Positions 11,601-24,301 of a stretch of 64,000 nucleotides of DNA are shown one piece after another. Within the stretch, counting starts at the first letter, position 1. The number at the start of each line of letters is the position of its first letter. The notes beneath the pieces were generated by a model. It saw only the letters and a program-made list of their open reading frames with translations, had not been told where the DNA came from and did not search any database. Made by a program: the position numbers and the translations under genes. This DNA is from Lingula anatina (lineage: Eukaryota; Animalia; Brachiopoda), in contig CM120649.1 in assembly GCA_051362555.1 (NCBI GenBank), forward strand, positions 14,818,001-14,882,000, written 5' to 3'.

Positions 11601-14600
11601 TGTTATCATCTTATTTAGAATTGTTTTTTGATTATTTCAGTCTTGAGCTCTTGTTGCTGGAGAGAAAGTTAAAAGGCCCATCTTGGATTGACATCAAGGC
11701 ACCTCGTAAGTTAGCTGGATGTTTAAAAATGTCTGATCCCAAATAAGATTCAGAAGAATACTTTCATTAACATTAGGCAGATGAAAAGCTTAATGTGTTA
11801 ATAGAAATCAAAAGTCTTCTGGATTTGTTTGGAAATCCAGATATTTGGATGTTGTAATTATTCACTCCCCATATATAGCTGTATGCCTTCTGTGCTTACA
11901 TTTTCAAAATTTTTTAAAGATCCACTTTCATCTCTGCACCATATGATGTCACATTTAGCATCGTACATTTGATTACTGTAACAATACCATGAAAGTCAAA
12001 TAAATTAAATGAATGAATGAATAATCACATAATGTTTTTGTACAATTCAGAGATCATAAAGGCTCCTATGAGTTGGTGCAAAGTGGAGGCGGAGGCCGTT
12101 TCTCCAGATAACATTACTGTGGTGAAAGATGCCTCTCCACCGCCGCCATTGGTTTCCATGACGATAACCATGAGAACCCTTCCAAATCCCAAGACACACC
12201 AGAATGAGGTGAGATATTGCAAAGGCAATAAGTTTGTTTATTTGTTTATTTATTTATTTATTTATTTTGAAAGGAAAGTTGAATGGCATTTTTACATGAA
12301 TAGAAAATAAACATACTTAAACATAGCACAGCTTATTCACTCTTACTTATGGTTTAGAATGGCAAGGTCCAGCATTTTGAGATATCATATTGTAAAATGT
12401 TCATATCCAAGAGTTGGTATACAGTTATACCAGGCATGAGCTTTTTCCACAAAATCTCAGATTTCCGTAATTTTAATACAGTTGTTCCCACAATAAATGT
12501 TATAGAGATTTTTTTTCAATTACCCAGGTTCATTTCTGTTGTTGTACTTCAGGTGATAGCTGTGGCTTGTCTTGTCAACCAGCAGTTCCAGATGGACAAA
12601 CCAGCGCCCAAGACGCCATTTAATTCTCATTTCTGTGGTAAGTTTTTTTTTACATGAACTTGTATGTTATTTAAAGGCCTTTATCTATTAAAATACTTTG
12701 TCTTTGTGAATAACCTAAATTCAATTCATTTTGAGTAATTTTTGTCAGGTTTTGCTTTCTTCTTATGTTTTATCTTTTCCGTTATTACTGGTTATCAGAT
12801 TCTGTTTTTGCTACTTAACAGTAATTTTGACACAATGATGAAAGATTAATAATTGGATTTTCTACTTTGAAAGATGGAGTCTTTTTTTAATGTTTTCTAC
12901 ATTATTTCCAGCTATAACAAAGCCCAGTGACAACATATTTCCATATGATTTCAAGGACTGGGTCCAGAGAGAGGTCGGAATTTATTTTTATTTTGATTAT
13001 TTACATCTTTTTTGCATAAATTATTATAAGATAGAAGCAATGAGATTGGTCCAAGTCATATTTTGCCCAGCTCCTTCTGACACTTCAGTTATTTTATAAA
13101 AAGATGCTAAGAATATTACAGTTCTTTTTTAGTATAACTTGTAACGAGCAGGAGTTGAAGTCCCTTTTTGGTAAGAATAGCATAGGTGAAGTCGGTATAT
13201 GGCTTATAAGTCTGAAGATTGCATTCACTTTATACAAAATTAATGAAAGCAGAGTGCAATTCATCATAAACAAAACTTTTTCTATTTTATTATTGTTATT
13301 TATTTTGGAATATTAATGTCCTTCTTTTTCCCCCTCCAATAGAGTAAGAACACCAAAGTGGACATACAGCCCACAGAGAGAGCACTATTGGCATTCCTGT
13401 TGGCCAGATTACACAAGATAGACCCTGATCTGATTGTGGTACGTATGTAACCGAGTATCACAAGAAGCATCTATTGAATCTCCGAAGTATCAGCTTCTTT
13501 ATTCCTGTACATACATGCCAACGTGACAGTGTGAGTAAAATGACTCAAGAATACTGTTGAGCGGGTAATTTATATTTCCCGCTCACGTGACTAACAAAGC
13601 TCACGTGACCGCCAAAAGGGCGGGAATGCTTTCGTAATAATGTTTCACCCTATTACACGTACATATGCTTGTGTGTGTATGTATGTGCATGCATGTATTT
13701 GTGTATATTTTTGTGTGAATGAACTTTCTTAGACGTTAGCTACTGCCATAAAAAAATGGATTTTTCAAATTTATTAGCCTGAATTGACGAGAAGAAATTT
13801 TAGCAGTTGTTTGAGTTAAATTTCCCGCTATAATTTTATTTAATAATTAGTACATTTCAAATAGGGCTACTTAATTCAATTCAACACTGTATTTTTTTTT
13901 TTCTGTCAAATAGCCACTAAGAGAGAAATTGACACCTTTGAGATGAATTTTAAATGATTTTCATTTATTTTCCACAGGGTCATGATATATACGGGTTTGA
14001 CATTGATGTCCTGCTCCACAGACTTCAGAGTAACAAAATACCTCACTGGTCCAAGATGGGACGACTAAAGAGACAAATGATGCCAAAATTATCAGTCAGT
14101 ATAAGTTCTTGCATGGTCATAGGTAATGGTAATAGTTTATTGAGCTACATGTGTTTAAGTGGTACATGTACATTGCAAGGTGCCAGCTCTCTTCACTTCG
14201 TTTATTTATTTATTTATTTAAAGGGAATTCAAGCATAGCACAAATAGTTTGCAAGTAACTGAGAACATGTACAAAAATATATATTTTTTTGCACTGGAGT
14301 TTAACGATTAGAATTTTGTTTCTTTCTTTATTATTATTATTAGTAGTAGTAGTACAAATAGTGTAAATAGTTCACAATAGTGACTGAGATCACTTATACA
14401 CAAGCACAACAAAAAAAGATTGATTCGAACAGTTGGGGGTTTAACATTTAGATATAAAAAAAAATCATAAAAAAATTATTCTTATTTTAGGGTGGCCCGG
14501 GCCGGGGGTTTTCATTGGCCAGTCAGTCTGCCATGTGCGGGAGAATAGTTTGTGACGTCAAAGTCTCCGCCAAGGAGCTGATTCGCTCTCGTGCCTACGA

Positions 14601-17600
14601 CCTCACTGAGTTGTCCAATCAGGTGCTGAAAGAAAGGCGCCAGGAAATTGACTTGGATGACATGAGGGATATGTACAGGTGAGAGGCAGGGGATTTGTTT
14701 GTTTGTTCACTTTAGCTGAAGCCACTGTTAAAAGAGATCATTTTTCAAATGCTTGAATGTTTGAATAGGGTCTTTATTGAAAAAGCCACTTGCTTAATAA
14801 AAATTGTTCTTTATCACAGGCATATTCTGAATTTGAAAGCTTTGTAGGGATTGGAAATTCTCTTCCTTTGTAAGAATATTTGCCCCATTTGTGTGAAGTA
14901 GTCTGAAAAGTTGCTAGATTTAGTACAAAATGTACAAATATGGGGAAGATGTCCTCTTTAATCCATATTCTCATTTGAGATATTTGTGGATAAATGGAGT
15001 TGTGAAAAAATGAGCATCTTGATATTTATAATGTTGAATTCTATCTAGAGCCTAAGAGGCATTACTTAATTTTGAAAAAAATTAGAGAAATTTAGTTTTG
15101 AGCTCAGCAAAAAAAGAAAAAAAATGTATAATTGCAACATTTTGTGAGTCAAATTGTCCATTTGCTTTTAAAACATTTATTTCTCTACTATACATGCAGT
15201 TCTTCCAAGCACTTGATGGAGCTGGTGAAGTTGACTCTGATTGATGCAACATTCGTGTTAAGGATTATGTATGAGCTGAATGTCCTACCACTAGCTCTCC
15301 AGATAACTAACATTTGTGGTAATGTGATGGTGAGTATTGATGATAACTTTGTAATGTTATTTTTAATTGTTATTTGTTTATAAGCAGTCTGTGTCAAAAA
15401 AACTTTTTGGGCCTACAAACCAAGGTGCAATAGAGTAAGACAACACTTTTCGGAGGTCTTCAAGTCAATTAAACCAACTGACACTAAGTGAAAGTCGATA
15501 TTACTTTAATTAAATTATTGAAAACCTAAAGGAGGTTATATTGTCACCTCAGTTTATATGTGTGTCACCAGCCTAACTCAGAAAGTTATGGGTGGATTTA
15601 TTTAATTTATATCTTTGCCTTTATAGTGATACTACTTTCGCCCATTGTGATTGGAGATCCAACACAATCAGTAATAGCATGACCTGTTGATTGAGCTGTC
15701 TTGGTTAAAGTCTGTGCTGTCTGGGTGCTTTTCTAGTTAAATGATTCCATTTATTAATAGTTATAATTATATTAATTTTATTATTTATTGAATGATTTTG
15801 TATATGGCCTTGAAGACTTGACTTGATGTTTAAATCATATTTCAGTCTAGGACACTAATGGGAGGTAGAGCTGAACGTAACGAGCACCTTCTGCTGCATG
15901 CTTTCACAGAGAAGAACTACATTGCTCCAGATAAACAGTATGGAAAGAAACATGTGGCAAACGTGAGTGAAAATTTGGAATTAAGGGAGAAGTGAACAGT
16001 GAGTGTTATCTTTTGTCATATTTACCAAGAACACTGATGACAGGGCTGCCATATTGATTTAATCAAAAGATTTTGAGAAGTACCAACTGTTCTTACTTTG
16101 CAAAATGAAAAGTATGCATAATTATTGCCATAGTGAGTAAAAATTGTTTTAAAACCAAACTGTCCTCAGGAGGAAAATGCCGATGATGATGATGACCACA
16201 ACCAATCCAAACCCAGCAAGAAAACACAGGGTCGCAGAAAACCTGCATATGCCGGCGGATTGGTCCTTGAGCCGAAGAAGGGGTTTTACGACAAATACAT
16301 TTTGCTGCTGGATTTCAACAGTTTGTACCCCTCCATTATTCAGGAATACAATATTTGTTTTACCACCATTGCTAGAACACCAGACAAAACTAAGCAGGAG
16401 GTGAGCTTTTCAAATTTGCTGAGTCATTGTTTATTCATTTTTTGCAAAACACTTCACTGAAATCACAACCTTTTTGAGCATATCTAGCTCGAGGTCTTCT
16501 CAATTTGTTCACCATTTTTGGCTATATACACTTCCTTAACTACCTTGTCCATAGGAGGAGAAGAAGACTAAAATGTGTTCTTTATTTATTTCAGGGAGAG
16601 GAAGAAGAGGACTGGCATTTAGAACTACCTGACCAGGACTTGGAACCTGGCATTTTGCCAACGGAAATCAGGAAACTTGTAGAAAGTCGTAAACAAGTGA
16701 AGCAAATGATGAAGGCCCCCAATCTTTCTCCAGATGCTTATATGCAGGTTTGAACAATTGTTCTGACTAAATTTTCTGACTTAATGGAATTAAACAGGAT
16801 TCATATCACTAAGTTTTAATCCCACAACTTACTGTAGAATGAAACCAGATTGTGCATAATTTAGAGGAGAGTGGAATCAGAAATTATGGCATAGCTGTGA
16901 ATGTGGTTGGGAAACGATCAAAGGCTGCCAGAATTTTATCCACGTATATTTTCCACACTTAAAAAGATTCATAAAACTAAAGGTTTATGCAATGCAAGGC
17001 TTTTTTATCTGCCTACAACAATTTGTCCTCTTTTTTTTATCGGAGAAATATATTTATATGTTGATGAAACTGTCCAATTGTCTGTGTCATTGTACACAGA
17101 CTTTATTTTGATCAGTAATCTACCTTTTAAGTTCGAGAAAATCAACAGGCTGTAATTGAAAGTAATAGTCATAAAAGAGAGACGTAATTTAAATTCTCAC
17201 ATTTCCTTTCAGTATGACATAAGACAGAAAGCCCTGAAATTGACAGCCAACAGTATGTATGGTTGCCTTGGTTTCTCTCACTCTCGGTTCTATGCAAAGC
17301 CTTTGGCAGCCCTGGTCACTGGGAAGGGAAGAGAGGTGAGGAAAATATCCGACTGTTCTCTATTTTTGAAGGAATTTAGAATTATATAGGTCTCCAGGTC
17401 TTGCTCACGAGAAAAATACAAATTATGACTGTTTCCTAAAATTTTCCACCTGTGGAAAATCTTGACTTTGTTAGGAAACTCTTAACTGTTCATGCCTTAG
17501 AACTAAGATTTAGTGGTAATATTTATGTTATATTTTGTTTTTCATCAAACATTTCATATATTTTGTGACAAAAAGCAGTGCAGCTTCTTTCACTTGTGCT

Positions 17601-20424
17601 TAGTCCCAATAGGTGGCACCTCTGTCGCCATTCCAATGAGCTAATGATTTCACCAGAAATGCAGATGTCAACAGGGGGAAGCACTGGTCTTCAAGAAGTC
17701 TTTATTGATGTGTTGACACAATCCCAGTCTCTGCCTACTAGTTTAGAGGATTTTTTCTGTAATGGCCTCAAATAATGCCAAGTCATACATTTGCTGGTTT
17801 TGAAGAGGACCACTTCAGTATTTCTCAGTTAGGGCCTGTTTATCAATTAAAAGAGTTTTGAGCTTTATTATATGTTCAGTCAGCTTTTTGTGACAGCAAC
17901 TCCACTGCAACTGTCTGTAATTTAAAAAATAGCTTAAATTATAACAGGGAGATGCACTAGCAATTTTTTTTTTTTTTTTTTGCTTAGCCAAATCACTCCT
18001 TTTCATCACTTTTTTTCTCCAAATGGTTTAAATTTGATCAAAACAAGATAAACCAACCCAAGCCTATTTTGTTTAGCCAATTTGAGTCAGTTTTAGCATT
18101 TGCCTAAAATGGCCAGTGTTAGGGCTCCCCCCCCCTTTCTATGTTCTCCACTTAAAGATGCATACATATACCCCTGCCTGCCAGTTAAGACGAGTTCTTC
18201 ATCTCATACTTGTCAGCATTGCTGCGTTTGTCATCACACGTGTTCGAGTGGTTCATTTCTCCTCGAGGCTAATGTGTTTACGATAGGAATTACCCCAGGA
18301 GAGGGGGGTCTCAATAAGTCCTAATTAGTTAGGCAAATAGTGAGAGTAATTCAATTTGAGTGTCGCGTGATGTAATGCTAAATACCCCATTGAATGAACG
18401 AGTGGGGGAAACATGTAAAATAACTTTGGAGATTATCAAGATTAAGTTTGAGATTATGTTCAGCAGTATGGCACCATGGCTTATTAGGGCAAGACCAGAC
18501 TCTCGTATTATTGGCATGTTATATCATGGAGATGAACATGATATCACAACTTCCTTGCATTGAGTCTGCCTTTTTTTTTTTTTTTTTAATATTCCAAATA
18601 ATTTTGAGAAAAATTTGTGATTGATTATTTATTTATTTATTCAATTATTTATTTTTCTATTACTTGGGATTATATAGATATTAAAAGGAGTTTTACATTA
18701 AAATCAAAATTTTATGCCAAAATCAAAAACATATTCCCAAACTAGCCTTTTAAAAACCTTATTTATAACATATAATACATAAAATTACATAAGCCTGTCT
18801 GCAGACAGGTGAATGATTTATTTGAATCAACAATACTAGTTATAAAATTGGAATCATTATTTTCTTATGATACAGTCAACAGATGATTTCAACAGCATTT
18901 GGGTGATTTGAAATGGATTTTGAGATGTAAGGTAAAAAAACTTACAATGTCTTATTTTTAAGATGTGCCATGTTGTATTATGAAACTATGATTGATTATT
19001 CTACATCCTTTTTTAAAAATGGAAAAAATGTTACATTGTTGCATTCCCCACAATCCAGTATTTCTTGAGGTGTCATGTTGTTGTTTTTTAATCAGTTGTT
19101 CCAGTAAACTAAACAAAAAACTGGTCGTTATTGCATTCTTGACAAGACAGCATTTGTTGACGGACCAACCACTCCTTGTTTCAACAAGTACATACTAATT
19201 TGTTGTACTATTAACATACTAGTGCCAAGCCAGCCTGCATTTTTAACACAATTTTTACCACTCATTTCTCTTAAGAACATTGCCACACATTTATTTAGTT
19301 GTCGAAAGTGTTTTGAAACAGCCTGCATGCTTTAGAAGCCAACAGCTGCAGAAATGGCAGTATTTGCTCAAACGAAATAGAGATTGATTGAAATGCTTGA
19401 ATTATGCAGGTGGTCTATGCTGCGAATTTCGAGGCAATTAAAAAATATGAAAAGATAAGGTACTTATGGGGTATTTTCTAACAATATGTTTCTGTTTACC
19501 CTTGATTAGTTAAATAAAACTGAAATTAATTTGGTAATTTGATTTGTTAGCTTTAAGGTTGGGAATTGATTTCAATGATAGATAAATAGTTTGTCTTTTA
19601 ATTTCATTTTCAGAAGCTATTTAAGGACAAAAATCAGAAAAAATTTAAGAGAGTATTCTGAATTATTCATTTTTTTATTATTATAATAAATAAAGTACAG
19701 TAGTATTATACCTCTGCAGTAGCGCAAAATACTGCCAAAATGCATTCGTGGACCATAAGTTTGTATGTTTTTAGCACTTTCTGTTTTAATCCATATGGTT
19801 TAGAAAAAAAAACTTCACAAACTTGACACAAGCACAAACTTTAAGTACATTTTTTTGACTAGTTGTAATCTACAAGTGAAAAAAAAAAACTTCCCAAGCA
19901 TGGCACAATAACAAAGAATTTTTTTCACCAGTCAAGCATTGCAAATTATTATTGAATTGCCAGGAGTTGAATAGAAAATAAAAAAAACTTTTAAAAGCTT
20001 ATTATGCTAATGGATTCCCCACCGTAGCTGTAATGGTCTTTCAAGTAGTCCACAAATAAGAAAAATTATTAAATCCCTGATCACATACGGAAAAAATAAA
20101 AGGAACAATTAAGCTTTTATACCGTGAAAATTTTTTTTAAACAGCAGCACTTAATTTGTTTTTTCAAAATGTCTTCCTTGAACTCGGGGTTGCCCCTCCA
20201 TCTGCAGGGGTTCACATTGAAAGATACACATATGCATTGTTCCGCTAATCCACTTCACTGGATTTTCAGTAAACTGCTTGCGTAGAGAATTAGCCGAAGT
20301 GTTGTTCAAATATAAAGGCGTGAATGGAGGTGTCAGGTGGTAAAATGAAAGTCGACTCAGGTGCAGTATGGTTAAGCGGGATGAAGATTTCGACATGGAA
20401 GACTAGTTGTGTACTGGATGTACA

Positions 20425-20467
<43 letters not shown>

Positions 20468-21336
20468 TTACATATTGAAAGGATTGATTGTGGGGAAATG
20501 ATAGCATTTTATTTCTTTATTTATGTGAAATTTATTTTATAATAATGATTTTATTTTGATTGAGACAAATTTCTGATAGTTGTCATCATGTCAGTCTTGG
20601 GTTTACAAAAAAATTTAAACTGATTTTTGGTTTTCTTAAGCCCAAATATTTGGTTCATTGTATTTGGAGAAAATGGCTAATCAGGAACATCAGATCTACC
20701 AGTTTGAAGAAAAAAATATTCCGATTCATTTCCGTTTTTTCATAAGACATTTGTGCCATCCCTTTGAACATGAATGTAAAATACTTGAATGAGTGTAGAC
20801 CTTTTTTGTGTTCTTCCTTTAATCAAACTGTTTTGCAATAGTTTATAATCACCCCCCCCCCATCCTCCTAACCCTAAATCATAGTTTTTTTATAAAATAG
20901 TTCTAAATGATGGTGGTGGCAGTATATAGCATTTCTGGCATCTGGCTCCTTAACTAACTTCTCTTAATAGGCTTGTAGTACAAGTGGCATCGTAAGCTGT
21001 ATTTGGCAATACTCGAGTTAATACTCTCATTCTACTGATATGCTTACAGGTTGAACAACCTCGCATAGTGTCTCGAGTAGCCGTTTCAGCCCGCTTTCAC
21101 ATATTATTGTCACGTACGCCTTTTTTTTCAAACCATTCTCGTGAATTAGCACGAGGAGGTTTTTGTTATGTTTTCTAAGTTGGGGAAAAAATGAGGGGGG
21201 CACTTGATCTAGAAGTGACAGATTTGCGTTCATGGTTTGGAATAATACTCCCAAATTGAGTGTCTGAATATGGTGGTGGTGTTTAAACAGAAATAGAATG
21301 GGTTCTATGTACTTATGATAGGTATTTTTGAATGGC

Positions 21337-21389
<53 letters not shown>

Positions 21390-21776
21390 GAGATTAATAA
21401 GAAGGACTTCCACCATGTCCATCAAACTTCCACATGTCCACAAGCACAGATTTTCAGTTACATAATACATCTAATGGAATCTGAGAAAATCTAAGAAATT
21501 CTCATTCAATAATCTCATCCCTTAAGGACACATCACTGCAGTTATTCTCTACGAGAGGGGGAAAATGATTCCTTGTACAGTCGGTAGTTTTTAGAAATCA
21601 TCTTTTGATATAGATCAGTGTAGTTTTCCCCGGGAATGTTCATTTATTTATTAATCTATTTATTTGTTTATTGCAAACATGAGCTCTTTCCATGGAAAAT
21701 TCCACGCTTTTTAATTCAATTTTGATGGTTGCTGAGATTTGTCAAGGTTAGGTGTTGGGTCCCATGATAAATGTTC

Positions 21777-21808
<32 letters not shown>

Positions 21809-24263
21809 GGGACACCATGTTGGTTATTGTAAGAGCTAAGATCTGAAAGTGCATATATTTTTATTTTGTTAGATCTGTAAATGCAGGTTATTTATGCGAT
21901 CACTCACACTGGCAACATTAATTTATAACAAATGAATAAATAGAAGTTTATTTGCTTCCCAAAAATGTTAAAGATTGGGGAAACTAAGATATTTGGTCAT
22001 GAAAAATCTATAATGGAGTGGTAAAAAAAAAATGAAACATATCCCATTTCCAATGAAGATATCAGTCCCTACATATTGGAAAGATGCTTAAAGAAGGCAC
22101 TGAAATAATCTCTAACCTCAGGGCTGTTTAAGGACTGCTTATCCCACACAAAGTACAAGTATTGGCCATGTTGTAGACCCCAGCAACCCTTTTGACTGAG
22201 ACAAAATCAAATTATGAATTCTGTGTTAAAGACTAGTGTCCATAGGAGAAGAAAGTGGCAAAGATAATCCATATGAGGGCCGTTGGTTAGATTGTATGTC
22301 TTGGGTATCATGAATTATGTTGGGAGTTTTGGGGAGGGGGGGTTAGAATATTCATATAGGCAGGTCTGATAACCTGAACCCTGAATACATTTCTGAATGG
22401 TTTTGACATAAAATAAAATTTTTTTCTGAAAAAGTTATAACTTGGCTGTTGCACTGTTGATGGTTTGTTTTATTATTATTTTATAAAAAAAACCATGTGA
22501 CTTCCAACACATACTTTCTTCTTTTTTTCAGATTCTAATGAAGACCAAAGATCTTGTAGAAAGTGTAAGTATGTCCACCTAGAGTGATGTATCAGCCTGG
22601 ATAATGACTAATGCAGAAATAAGGCAAAAAGAAAAAAAAAAACACTTTTCACATGTGTACTATTATCATAAAAGTTGAGGTACAAAAAATGTTTCAAACC
22701 TCATACATTTAATCACTAATTACCTAATAACTTAAAACAAGTAAATGGTTTATTCTTAACTCATAAATGATTTTATATTGATGCACTAATTTGAACTCTT
22801 TAAAAAAATTTTGAACCCAATTTACTGTCCTCTAGGACAGTGTTATTAAAATAAAAATACTGTAAATATTGCAGATGAACTTAGAGGTTATCTACGGGGA
22901 CACAGACTCCATCATGATCCACACCAATTCCACAGAAATGGAAGAGGTCTTTAAATTGGGAAATAAGGTAGTTTGATAATTAACTCGTGCTGAGATATTA
23001 AAGTGCATTCCCTGGGATTTTGATCGATCCAGAGATTTAGATTTAGATCGACCTAACTCCCTGGGGGTTCACGCTAAATTGCAGTTAGCCGAGCGCACAC
23101 CATAGTTAATTACCCCCTCACAGCTTTTAGTAGGCGGGACAGACATTTAAGCTTGTTAAGCTGACACCAGATAGGGATAGATCGATCTAAATATCTATGG
23201 GAATGGGGTCTTAGTCTCATGGGTAAAAATAATGTGAGAAAGTGGAACTTCTTGAAGTCAGTTTTTATTTTTTGAAATTTGAAATGATATTTTTAACATT
23301 ATCTATATTTTTTATTTATCTATTATTTTTTTTAGAAATTTTATTCAGCATCCCTGATGACAAAAAAAAAGGCTGCATGTAAATTGAGACCAAATAGTTC
23401 ATTGACTAGCCATAAAAAGATATTTATATAGTGTTCACAGCTGCCTGTCTGTCTGTCTGTGATGTTAATATTTTTCGCTTACATAATTATCTGTCTGCAG
23501 GTGAAGAGTGAAGTCAATAAACTGTACAGACTCTTAGAAATAGACATCGATGGCGTCTTCAAATCCATGCTGTTGCTGAAGAAGAAGAAATATGCCGCAC
23601 TGACTGTCTCTAAGGTCGGGGACAAGTACGTGACTAGTCAAGAGCTCAAGGGACTGGATATTGTCCGCAGGGATTGGTGCGAGCTGGCTAAGTCTGCTGG
23701 GAAGTATGTGGACAATTAAATTTTTTAAAAATTTTTTTGAGAAAAAGGGGAGCAAAAAAATTTTTTTTAAATGTAAAATATGAACATTGTGAAATGATTG
23801 TTGCCAGAGAGAGCAATAGAAATGCTTGGTTGTAAGTGTAGAAATTTTCGCAGCCATACAGGGATGAGAGTTATCTGACTATCGACAGATTTCCGACTTT
23901 TTAGGAACCAAAAACATCCTTGACCTAGGTGCCCCCTCCTGGATCCCATTCCATATTTTCCAACCATTGCACTAAATGGCAGTCTCATCTCTGGATAAAT
24001 TGAAGCAGCATTCCTAAAACAAAACCTATTAAAATTCAGGCATACTACTTACTTTCATTTCCAATATTGTAACTTCACTTTCAGTTTTGTGGTAAGTCAG
24101 ATCTTGTCCGGCGAACAGAGAGAGACCATAGTGGAGAATATCCACTCCAAGCTGATAGAGGTGGGAGAGGAAGTGGCTCAGGGGAAAATACCTGCAGAAA
24201 TGTTTTATATTACCAAGGTAGGAGCTTGTGTATTGATATATGTATAATAGTGATTCTATATAC

Positions 24264-24301
<38 letters not shown>

